Origin: Eledone cirrhosa
Lineage: Eukaryota
Length of the DNA stretch: 64,000 nt
Reading direction: 5' to 3'
NCBI GenBank assembly: GCA_964016885.1
Contig: CAXHJY010000028.1
Coordinates: 1-64,000 of the forward strand
In this document: one piece after another, positions 1-11,909 of the stretch
How the letters are laid out: each line of letters starts with the position of its first letter
Numbering within the stretch: the first letter of the stretch is position 1
Notes under the pieces: generated by a model
The model's input: only the letters and a program-made list of their open reading frames with translations
Told to the model about the DNA's origin: nothing
Databases searched by the model: none
Program-made: the position numbers and the translations under genes

Positions 1-693
1 ACTCAATTTTAAATACAGATCTTCGGAAACTGTTAAAAAAAAAAAATTTTTTTTAACAGTTTTTAACATTTTTTTAACAGTTTCCGAAGATCTGTTAGAG
101 CTAACATCGTATTTAAAATTGAGTGGCACTGCTTTTAGTGTTTGGCAATTTTTAAACAACTTTATCAGTGAAACAATTGTTAGACTACAAATAAATCCCT
201 TTTTTTGTACTGTTGACCATGTTATTCTCCACTTTTTCAATTATATATATATATATATAATAAATGTAATCTGAGTTTTTCTAATATTAATAATAACATT
301 CGATTCATTTGCAATTATGCAAACAAGCCTCAATTTTATAGTCATGTCAGTAGAATGAACCCTTCATTCTTGCTCTTGTGTTGGCATGCGAACAGAACTG
401 CAGACACTAATGTTTCTGGGTATCACCCTTCATCAGTACAGCTCACTGTTGACCTGCCAAACTGTCAGAGCTAGTGAAAATATATGCTACTTTCAAAAAT
501 ACACAGTGACTGATCAGCCTGATTTGCATATTAGCAGATTGACTGATCAGTCAGATCTGCATATTAGCAGATCCACTGATAGGCCAGATTTGGATATCAG
601 CAGACTGGGCAGTCAGTTTCCTATATACGAGCGATAAATGGCCAGCTTTGCCAAATTCAAATAAAAAAAAAGAAAATTTCGCTCTACAATTTC

Positions 694-728
<35 letters not shown>

Positions 729-1382
729 CATCATCATCATCATCATTTTACGTCCGCTTTTCCCTGCTTGCAAGGGTGGGACGGGAACTGATTCTGGCTT
801 GATTTCTACAGCTGGATGCCCTTCCTAACACCAACCTCATTTACAGTGAGTGCTGGGTGCTTTTTTTGCCGTGGCACCTCCACGACCACTTTACAGTGGA
901 ATGATATGGACCCCAGTCCCTATCATCTCATTTCTACAGCTGAGTAAACTGTGAAATAAAGTGTGAAATAAGTGTGAAATGTGAAATAAAGTGTCTTGCT
1001 CAAGGAAACAACACATCACCCAGTCTGAGAATTGAACTCACAACCTTACGATTACAAGGCCAATGCTCTAACCACTAAGCTATGTGCCTCCCTATATATA
1101 TATATATAAATGTATGTTTATTAAATATATACATATTGTACTTGACTCCATATATGTGTTTATTCTGAATCTGTGTCATAGTGTTATCATTGATATGTTT
1201 GAATTGATGTGTTTGTGTAAATGTGCAGGTTTGAGTGAATCCATATACATGCATAAATACATATATATATATATATGTGAGTGTGTGCATGTGTAAAAAG
1301 TAAACAGAAATAACAAAGCAAACAACACAGTACAATCAAGAACTATATTAGTTTAATGCTTCAAATAATAGGAAAAGAGTCT

Positions 1383-1411
1383 TAACATTTCGGACACCAG
1401 TCCTTCATCAG
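1383..1411 (-). ncRNA. Hammerhead core motif
   Basis: Minus strand CUGAUGA-a-GGAC uggu GUCC-GAAAUGUUA. Confidence 0.65.
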
Positions 1412-4001
1412 AACACAGACTGAGAAGTAAAGAGTGAGAAGAGGAGGGGGAACAAAAAAAGTGTGTGTGTGTATTATATTTATAACTTTGCAGTACATTA
1501 TCAAAGGAAACTAATAAATGTTTATCATAAAGAAATGAAATATTTCAATCCAACATTTAGTCATATCAATGCTAGTTATGTGAGAGTTATATATAATTAG
1601 TTATATGTATCTATATATCTTTATCTTTCTGCTTGCATATATATTTCTGTTTTTCTCAGCATTCTTTGTGGCAAATATTAAACTCTTCTTGACAGTGCCC
1701 ATTCCATTTAATATAAGCCAATGCAGGTATTATAGCTAGGTGTCATACATAACAAATGACTGGAATAGCAGTATCATAATTAATTTTATTTAAATAGATA
1801 ACGATCGCAAGACTGATTTATTATTTCTATTTTATATTCATAAATTCGTGAAATTGAAAGTGTCTAAATATACTTGCACACACATATGTGTATTCACTGG
1901 TCATACAGCAATCATAATATTCATACTAAAACTAGATTTATTTGAGAAAATGTAATTTTTATGTAGACAGTAGATATTTGAATAAAATTAACACATATAC
2001 CTTTTTTGTTATTGGAATATTATATAAAGAGCAGCCATATTATCATCATCATTATCATCATCATTATCATCATCATTATCATCATCATTATCATCATCAT
2101 TATTAATAGGATTGGCAGTATCGGTAGATGGTCGGACGGCATGCTTTGACGCATAGTTATGGCCCTTTCCATTCTGAGTTCAAATCCCGCCGAAGTTAAC
2201 TTTGCCTTTCATCCTTACAGGGTCGATAAAATAAAGTATCAGTAATGCACTGGGGTAATTGCTGGCCTTGTGCCAAAAGTAGAAACAATTATTAATATTT
2301 TATACCAATTTTCCATTCTTGCATGGGTTGGATGGGTCTTTTCTAGCACAACTTCTTTTCACTCATTGTGCACCTTTGCCATCCCCTCTGATCTCTGTGA
2401 GGTTCAGATTTTAGGGGAGCAGCTCACATCACATCACATCTGCCCATATCTTCCTCAACCTACCTCTATTGCAGCTTTCTTCCACTTGGATCTCTTGACA
2501 GGGTACACCATCCTAGTGCTGCTCAACATGTCCATTGAAGTTGTCAGCCAGTATGATGAAGCCGTCTGTGATAGGTATTTTACTTAGCCCTGAGTGTGCT
2601 GCATAAGTAGAGATATTCTTGTCATCGTATTGACTATGACTATTCTGAGCTCTATAATTCTGTCACTTTAGCTACTTCAGTTACCTTATCTATCCACACC
2701 TCAACTAGGGAAATCTCCACTCTATCTAGCCTATCATGTTTTCCCAACTTCTGTTTGCCTGTGAGAATTCTGACTGAGGATCCTCTCCATCTTACCTCTT
2801 ACAGCACATATCTACCTGTCTATTTTTAAGCATCTCTACAATTTTCCCTGATCTATCTTTCAGTGTGCCAACATTAAGAGTGGAAGCCTTTAAATGCATT
2901 ACCTACCAATAAAAAGGTTCAATTGTGAGTGGGTCATCTTCCGGTACTTGAAAAGGACTATATATGTATGATCATTCAATGGTGATTGAAGGGTTCTCAC
3001 ACAAAGCTAGGCTAGTCAGTTCACTACTGTACAAAGCCCTAACATGGTTAATTTTAGTCCTGTATACACAATTATTGTTTCTATTAAAGGTTGTGCTAGT
3101 CATGATTTTTGGCAGAGGTTTTCTTGTTGGAAGCCCAACCATATTACAGCTTGGACTGTCCATTTCATCATGCCACCAACACTAGAAAGATTGTTTGTCA
3201 AGGCTTAGAATCTTCTTTAACTTATATCAGTTTTTATTCAAAGTGACTGCTTTTCTAGATGAGTCACCTTTGCTAAGGCTTACAGAGTTCACGTCTACTC
3301 TGTGCATTCTTATATATTTGAAGTGACTACCCTCGTAGAGAGACTGGCTTCACCTCATTTATGCCATGCAGTATTATTCAGAGTTATTGCTTTCTAGATG
3401 GGCTACCTTCTCTGTGGCTTATGGAACCCACTTATTCTCCAGAGATCATACAATGTATATACACTAGTTATGCAGTTGTAGTATATACACATATCTATGC
3501 AGAGAGATACTAATTAATTAAGTACATTTCTCTTGCAGCTAGTACTGGTGTTATTTATTATATGGTTTTGACCATCATTATAATTAATTCAGTAACTAGT
3601 AGCCAGTAGAATATAAGACTTAGGCAGGAAATGTCTTTCAGGGAGGTTGTGGTGAGAGGATGGGTGTCTTCTATCAGCTAGTTAGAGGATGGATGTCTTC
3701 TATCTCAGGGAGAATTTTACATCAGAGGATAATAATGATATAGTATTTCTTTAAAGTATTCTTTTTATGTAATATCATACAGAATCGGAAAAAGACAAAC
3801 TCGTCATCATCATCATCTGTCTGTTATTCATGCTATACACTTGAAGATACATCTTAGTACATCACATATGGCGTTGATGTCTGAGTTGCTACATTTCTTT
3901 TGGTTTTTGCTGTATCTACTGCTTCATATATTTATTAATGATATACAGAATGCATGCATATAAATTACAGAATAATCAAAACTATGTTCAAAACATTCTA
4001 T

Positions 4002-4048
4002 TGCTGACAATCGTTTCTTCCAAAATTTCGTTTGGAATCATCAGAGCA
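4002..4048 (-). ncRNA. Minimal type I hammerhead ribozyme
   Basis: Minus strand UGCU-CUGAUGA-UUCCAAA cgaaau UUUGGAA-GAAAC gauu GUC^AGCA: full core, all three stems and a GUC cleavage triplet. Confidence 0.85.
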
Positions 4049-5102
4049 CTAGCAATGTTTAGACATATAATTAACCTCCTATTCCTCAGAACAATCGTAA
4101 AGATACACAGATGTTAGTGTTGTCATTAACAGTGCATATATATATGTGTGTGTGTGTGTGCATGTGTGAATATATATATGTGTGTGTCTGTGTGCATATG
4201 TGAATATATATATATGTGTGTGTGTGTGTGTGCATGTGTGAATATATATGTGTGTGTGTGTGTATGCATGTGTGTAAATACATGTGTATGCATATGTATA
4301 TGTGTTCGTGTGTGTAAATAAATGTGTGTGTCTATGTATGTGTGTCTGTGCATGTATGTGTATGAGGACCCTGTAAATGGTGGTAAACTTGAAGTAATGG
4401 CTACCCAATAATGTTTCACAACCCTAACAATTCATAAAGGTGTAAACTTTCCGCCAAGTAATTCACATACTGTGTGCAGTTATCATTATCATATTGGCAG
4501 TATCAGTAGAGGGCCGACCCTCTACCGCCATGCTTTGACGCATGGAATTACTGCCCTTGCCATTCTGAGTTCAAATCCCACAGTTTCGGTAGAGGGCCGA
4601 CCCTCTACCGCCATGCTTTGACGCATGGAATTACTGCCCTTGCCATTCTGAGTTCAAATCCCACCGAGGGTTAACTTTGCCTTTCATCCTTACGGAGTCG
4701 ATAAAATAAAGTACCAGTAATGCACTGGGTAATTGCTGGCCTTGTGCCAATAGTAGAAACAATTATCATATTTTTCCATACAATATATGTCTGTATATAT
4801 TCAGTAGACATTAATGAATACCAGACAGGTAGAAAGGGTATAGATATTATTTAATCTATTTATTTTACCTATAGGAATGTACTCTGGTGTCCAGTGTCAT
4901 ATTTTAAAATTATATAATCTGATAATTTAGTAATAATATTTATTTTATTCAAAGTACCAGTAATGAACTGGGTTATTGCTGGCCTTGTGCCTAAAGTAGA
5001 AACAAATATATTTATTTGATTCAATTGTTTGACAAATTTCCATAATTCTTCAAGATATATTCTAATTTATGCTGTAAATTTTATACTAGATAATATTTGA
5101 AA

Positions 5103-5272
5103 TACAGGCTGACTACAAAAACACCCCTTGATTTCAAATATTTATAATATGAAAACTTAAATGAATATTCTTACAATATTTGGTGGCTACAGTTACATAA
5201 ACTAACAAAATTTCATGTCGTATTGGTAGATATCATATTCAAGCTCAGAGTGTTTTTGTGGTCACCCTGTAC
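5103..5272. mobile_element. Tc1/mariner-type MITE inserted in a short tandem repeat
   Basis: TA-CAGGCTGACTACAAAAACAC...GTGTTTTTGTGGTCACCCTG-TA, flanked by copies of attctaatttatgttgtaaattttacactagataat. Confidence 0.75.
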
Positions 5273-5899
5273 ATTCTAATTTATGTTGTAAATTTTACAC
5301 TAGATAATTCTTTAAAATATATTCTAATTTATGTTGTAAATTTTACACAAGATAATATTTCATTACTAATTCTGTTGTCATTATTTCTTTTTTTTTAAAT
5401 TTTCATCTAGATTTTATAACTTCCTTTTATTACCTACCAAGTATTAAATGTTTTTTTTTTTCACTATGAATTATCACTGGTTGATATATTTTCTGTACAC
5501 ACACACGTACACACACACACACACGTACACCCCCCCACACACACGTACACACACACGCACACACGCGTGCACACATTTTGGCTAATGATATATAGATCTG
5601 TTGTTTTACACTTATATAAAGATACACATTTACAGCTGTAAACACACACTCATACACACACACATCCATATGCACACACACACACTCATACACACACTCA
5701 TATACACACACACTCACATACACACACTCATACACACACAGAGACTCATACACACACACTCATACACACACTCATTCACACACTCATACACACACTCATA
5801 CACACACACACCACACATGCACACATATTTTGGCTAATATATAGATCTGCTGCTTTAGACTTATATAAACGATATATAGATACACAAGTGGTCATATAG

Positions 5900-8575
5900 A
5901 AGTCACGACAAAAAGTGTCCAGACCACACTTTAAAGTGGTGGTGTAGGTATCACAACAAAATGTGTTCAGTCTACACTTTAGAGTGGTGGTGTAGGTACC
6001 ACAACAAAATGTGTCCAGACCACACTTTAAAGTGGTGGTGTAGGTACCACAACAAAATGTGTCCAGTCCACACTTTAAAGTGGTGGTGTAGGTACCACAA
6101 CAAAATGTGTCCAGACCATACTTTAAAGTGGTGGTGTAGGTACCACAACAAAATGTGTCCAGACCACACTTTAAAGTGGTGGTGTAGGTACCACAACAAA
6201 ATGTGTCCAGTCCACACTTTAAAGTGGTGGTGTAGGTACCACAACAAAATGTGTCCAAACCACACTTTAAAGTGGTGGTGTAGGTACCACAACAAAATGT
6301 ATCCAGACCACACTTTAAAGTGGTGGTGTAGGTACCACAACAAAATGTGTCCAGACCACACTTTAAAGTGGTGGTGTAGGTACCACAACAAAATGTGTCC
6401 AGTCCACACTTTAAAGTGGTGGTGTAGGTACCACAACAAAATGTGTCCAGACCACACTTTAAAGTGGTGGTGTAGGTACCACAACAAAATGTGTCCAGTC
6501 CACACTTTAAAGTGGTGGTGTAGGTACCACAACAAAATGTGTCCAGACCACACTTTAGAATGGTGATGTAGGTACCACAACAAAATGTGTCCAGACCACA
6601 CTTTAGAGTGGTGGTGTAGGTACCACAACAAAAAGTGTCCAGACCACACTTTAAAGTGGTGGTGTAGGTACCACAACAAAATGTGTCCAGTCCACACTTT
6701 AAAGTGGTGGTGTAGGTACCACAACAAAAAGTATCCAGTCCACACTTTAAAGTGGTGGTGTAGGTACCACAACAAAAAGTGTCCAGTCCACACTTTAGAG
6801 TGGTGGTGTAGGTATCACAACAAAAAGTGTCCAGACCACACTTTAGAGTGGTGGTGTAGGTACCACAACAAAATGTGTCCAGTCCACACTTTAAAGTGGT
6901 GGTGTAGGTACCACAACAAAATGTGTCCAGTCCACACTTTAGAGTGGTGGTGTAGGTATCACAACAAAAAGTGTCCAGACCACACTTTAGAGTTGTGGTG
7001 TAGGTACCACAACAAAATGTGTCCCGACCACACTTTAAAGTGGTGGTGTAGGTATCACAACAAAATGTGTCCAGTCCACACTTTAGAGTGGTGGTCTAGG
7101 TACCACAACAAAATGTGTCCAGTCCACACTTTAGAGTGGTGGTGTAGGTACCACAACAAAATGTGTCCAGTCCACACTTTAGAGTGGTGGTGTAGGTACC
7201 ACAACAAAATGTGTCCAGTCCACACTTTAGAGTGGTGGTGTAGGTACCACAACAAAATGTGTCCAGTCCACACTTTAGAGTGGTGGTGTAGGTACCACAA
7301 CAAAATGTGTCCAGTCCACACTTTAGAGTGGTGGTGTAGGTACCACAACAAAATGTGTCCCGACCACACTTTAAAGTGGTGGTGTAGGTACCACAACAAA
7401 AAGTGTCCAGACCACACTTTAAAGTGGTGGTGTAGGTACCACAACAAAATGTGTTCAGTCCACACTTTAGAGTGGTGGTGTAGGTACCACAACAAAATGT
7501 GTCCAGACCACACTTTAAAGTGGTGGTGTAGGTACCACAACAAAATGTGTCCAGTCCACACTTTAAAGTGGTGGTGTAGGTACCACAACAAAATGTGTCC
7601 AGTCCACACTTTAAAGTGGTGCTGTAGGTACCACAACAAAATGTGTCCAGTCTACACTTTAAAGTGGTGGTGTAGGTACCACAACACAATGTGTCCAGAC
7701 CACACTTTAAAGTGGTGGTGTAGGTACCACAACAAAATGTGTCCAGTCCACACTTTAAAGTGGTGCTGTAGGTACCACAACAAAATGTGTCCAGTCTACA
7801 CTTTAAAGTGGTGGTGTAGGTATCACAACAAAAAGTGTCCAGTCCACACTTTAGAGTGGTGGTGTAGGTACCACAACAAAATGTGTCCAGTCTACACTTT
7901 AAAGTGGTGGTGTAGGTACCACAACAAAATGTGTCCAGTCCACACTTTAAAGTGGTGCTGTAGGTACCACAACAAAATGTGTCCAGTCTACACTTTAAAG
8001 TGGTGGTGTAGGTATCACAACAAAAAGTGTCCAGTCCACACTTTAGAGTGGTGGTGTAGGTACCACAACAAAATGTGTCCAGTCCACACTTTAGAGTGGT
8101 GGTGTAGGTATCACAACAAAATGTGTCCAGTCTACACTTTAGAGTGGTGGTGTAGGTACCACAACAAAATATGTCCAGTCCACACTTTAGAGTGGTGGTG
8201 TAGGTATCACAACAAAATGTGTCCAGACCACACTTTAAAGTGGTGGTGTAGGTACCACAACAAAATGTGTCCAGTCCACACTTTAAAGTGGTGGTGTAGG
8301 TACCACAACAAAATGTGTCCAGTCCACACTTTAAAGTGGTGGTGTAGGTACCACAACAAAATGTGTCCAGTCCACACTTTAAAGTGGTGGTGTAGGTATC
8401 ACAACAAAAAGCACCCAGCACACACTGTAAAGTGGTGGTGTAGGTACCACAACAAAATGTGTCCAGTCCACACTTTAAAGTGGTGGTGTAGGTACCACAA
8501 CAAAATGTGTCCAGTCCACACTTTAAAGTGGTGGTGTAGGTATCACAACAAAAAGCACCCAGCACACACTGTAAA
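5900..8575. repeat. 48-bp minisatellite, about 56 copies, amplified from an RTE/SINE 3'UTR unit
   Basis: Unit tggtggtgtaggtaccacaacaaaatgtgtccagtccacactttaaag. Grades into aaaagcacccagcacacactgtaaa...ggtgttaggaaggg and an (atg)n tail at 8550-8737. Confidence 0.97.
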
Positions 8576-8762
8576 GGAGGTTGGTGTTAGGAAGGGTATC
8601 CAGCTGTAGAAACCTAACTAAAATCAGTCCTGTGTGAGCGAATCACGAATCTCCGACCTGATCTCTCACAAAGGGACAGCCCATCCTACCCATGCTAGTG
8701 TGGAAAATGGATGTTAAATGATGATGATGATGATGATTTACAGCTGTGAACACACACATACA

Positions 8763-8815
<53 letters not shown>

Positions 8816-8926
8816 TCACATAATCTCACAAACACCAGGCTTTCTTTTTAAAAAGTGACAAGCAAGCACCACCAGTATATAGGCAAACCACCAATTTTCT
8901 GGCAACTGATGGTCCAGCATACCTTT

Positions 8927-9146
8927 TAACCCTTTAGCATTTAACCCAGCCGTATCCAGCCTGAATTTTCTCAACTCTTTCTGTTCAAACCGGCTGTAAC
9001 CAGCCACTCATACTGATGTTAAGGTATTGTTCTCAAAATGAATAATATCAAAATCTCATAGATTCGATATTATGGGAGATAATTATGAGGTAAAGCTATG
9101 AAAATATAATAGTAAATATTGAGTAATGGAAATGATAAAGGGTCAA
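8927..9146. mobile_element. piggyBac-type MITE family (about 220 bp); copies at about 19675-19878, 24391-24612, 28625-28853, 31259-31484, 44823-45044, 45687-45917, 57684-57921
   Basis: TTAA-CCCTTTAGCATT...AATGCTAAAGGG-TTAA termini with a shared internal sequence. Confidence 0.85.
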
Positions 9147-10226
9147 TTATGAATGTACACCAGAGTATTTTACTCAATGGCCACAAGTAGCACTGTATGT
9201 CATTTGGAATCATAGAAATGTCTAAATATCGGCAGCTGTTGCAACTCCAGGGAATTGGGAAAATTCTTGGCCTATATTGCTTCCATTTATTCCTAGTTAT
9301 GGCTTCAAAACACAGTGCCACAGTGATAGTATAAAACTATTTACACCTTTATGTAGTTGTAGTTAAGAAATATTCCAAAGTTTGTTGTAAAGGTTTGATA
9401 GTAAAAAAAAGTTATTAATAATGCAACAGCAGTCTCCTAGCAATTTAACCTGAATTATTATTGCGTGATCTCTGCTAGTCCACCAAAACGATAATTTGGC
9501 ACTGGTCTGGAACCAAAGAGACTGGAAAATCAATGTATGCAACCTTGTTTGCAGAAATGCTGCAAATATTTAGATGTGAATTTCAATAAATATTCAGACA
9601 GTAATATGGTGATATTTTTTCTGATGTTTTTCACTTCATGTACTGGCAACAATAATAAAAAGGAAGAAATGAAAGATATATAGTAGTAGAAGGATGAATG
9701 GTGCAAGGTTTTAAAGAGGATATTGAAGACAAAAGTATGAAAAAAGTGTGAGCAAGTAGTAGCAGTCACTTTTTTGTCAGTGTCATCAAACAATCGAGAA
9801 ATAGATTCAATAGAAGTTCAAAAAAAGATTTATTTTTCTTTAATACTACACACTTATCAGTGATCTAAAGACTTCAACCATCTATTGAGCTTTTTATTCT
9901 CTGTTTTAGCTATTTCATCCTCTTGCATGTAATGTAGTGTAAATCTGTTTGAATAGTGATGCACCTGCTTATTTACAATACTCATTCCCAAGTATAAGAT
10001 TCTGGTCTGGAGAAATTATTGTTGAACATTCTGTGTGTGTGTGTGTATGTGTGTGTGTGTGTGTGTGTGCGCCCATGCACATGCTTGTGTATGCATGTGT
10101 ACTCAGGTGTATAGTATGATGTTTAGAAAATGGCAAGAAGGCTCTGTATCTACTGAAGATATATATAGTTATGATATAACATAACATTTGTTTAGATTAC
10201 CCCATACATATATTTGTATGTATATT

Positions 10227-10270
<44 letters not shown>

Positions 10271-10448
10271 TATGTATATATGTAAGTGTATATATATATA
10301 TATTTAGTTACAACAGTGATATATATATGTATGTATATAAGTGTGTATATATATATATATATATATTTAGTTACAACAGTGATATATGTATGTATGTAAG
10401 TGTATATATATATATATATTTAGTTACAACAGTGATATATGTATGTAA

Positions 10449-10483
<35 letters not shown>

Positions 10484-10683
10484 GTTACAACAGTGATATA
10501 TATATTGTTGTAACTAATTGTATTTAATTCGTCCTATGGACTGAGTGCTCTACCAACTTTGGATATGAAATATTTGGGGAATTCCTTATAGATATTGGGA
10601 GATGACCACAGTTAAAAAAGGTACTCAATACGTTGGTAGAGTATGGGCATCTTTATTTTATCAATAAATAACTTCTACAGGAC

Positions 10684-10714
10684 TAGAACTGTTTCATTCT
10701 TCTGAAATCATCAG
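10684..10714 (-). ncRNA. Hammerhead-like core in a fold-back element; paralog at 56004-56035
   Basis: Minus strand CUGAUGA-uUUC agaa GAAu-GAAACAGUUCUA. The copy at 56004-56035 reads CUGAUGAuuucuuucgaauGAAACAGCUCUA. Confidence 0.55.
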
Positions 10715-10787
10715 GATGTCCTTTCTCCATAATTTCATACCAATGAAACAGTTCAAGTCCCATAGAAATCATGTCAATATAAAATAA

Positions 10788-10836
<49 letters not shown>

Positions 10837-11002
10837 GAAGGAGGTGTGGTAAGGAACCAGATGGACCATAACGCACCAGAGTACTCAATACTTAGGGTAG
10901 TAGAAGAGTGAGTAATAGGAAAATGTGTGACCCCGACGGCTATTTCTGTCCAGAAATAGCCGTCGAAGTGGCTTGAGCTCTGCTGTCGGGATCACACATT
11001 TT

Positions 11003-11046
<44 letters not shown>

Positions 11047-11126
11047 GGAATTGAGTTTTATTGTAGTACAATAAAGCAATGCAGATATCGGATAAGTAGC
11101 ACTCTACAGTTTATAGGACTGGAGTA

Positions 11127-11488
11127 TAAATAATAATATATAAGATCAAAAGATGGTTAAAAGAGTTCCATGTATTTTATTATGAGCATTTCAAAAACAA
11201 ATATCATCATGCAATAACATTTGCGTTTTTGTCAGATGAAATAGGGAGACATGATATGAAGGTTAAAACACTTGTGAATAGTGCAGTTTTAAATCAACAT
11301 ATCCCCATATGTTGATTTAAAACTGCACTATCCACAAGTGTGTTTTAACCTTCATATCATGTCTCCCTATTTCATCTGACAAAAACGCAAATGTTATTGC
11401 ATGATGATATTTGTTTTTGAAATGCTCATAATAAAATACATGGAACTCTTTTAACCATCTTTTGATCTTATATATTATTATTTATATA
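11127..11488. repeat. Near-perfect palindrome with arms of about 175 bp and a 4-nt loop
   Basis: ...aaatcaacatat-cccc-atatgttgattt..., loop at 11303-11306; arms match out to tataaataata/tattatttata. Confidence 0.95.
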
Positions 11489-11746
11489 TATTTATATATA
11501 TATATATATATATATTTGAAAAAAGGAAAAGAAATTACTTCACTTGTAGTTGGTGTTCTAAACAATTTTATTTTATAATTTTGCAGTTTTTACAATTTTG
11601 TTATCTAGATCTACATACAAAGGTTGTAAAATTTGTAAAATTATAAAATTAGATTGTTTACGACACCAACCTCAAGTGAAGTTATTCTTTTCCTTTTTTC
11701 AAATTTACCTAACTGTACCAAATATTTCAAGCATTTTCCAATATAT

Positions 11747-11791
<45 letters not shown>

Positions 11792-11878
11792 GGAAAAATT
11801 TGAACAGGGACAAAACAGAGAGGCAGTACAACGAATGTTTATTAATTTCGCGCTCTGGAGAGTGGGGTGTTGGTGGGG

Positions 11879-11909
11879 GACGACGTTTCGGGCATAAGCC
11901 CTTCCTCAG
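11879..11909 (-). ncRNA. Hammerhead core motif
   Basis: Minus strand CUGAGGA-a-GGGC uuau GCCC-GAAACGUCGUC, in an island of about 120 bp between (TA)n tracts. Confidence 0.65.

Noticed and set aside
5961-8609. 674-aa W/C/H-rich and 489-aa C/T-rich ORFs, or a CRISPR-like array
   Set aside because: Head-to-tail 48-bp units with no unique spacers, open in several frames on both strands by chance, and derived from a retroposon UTR. The context is eukaryotic with no cas genes.
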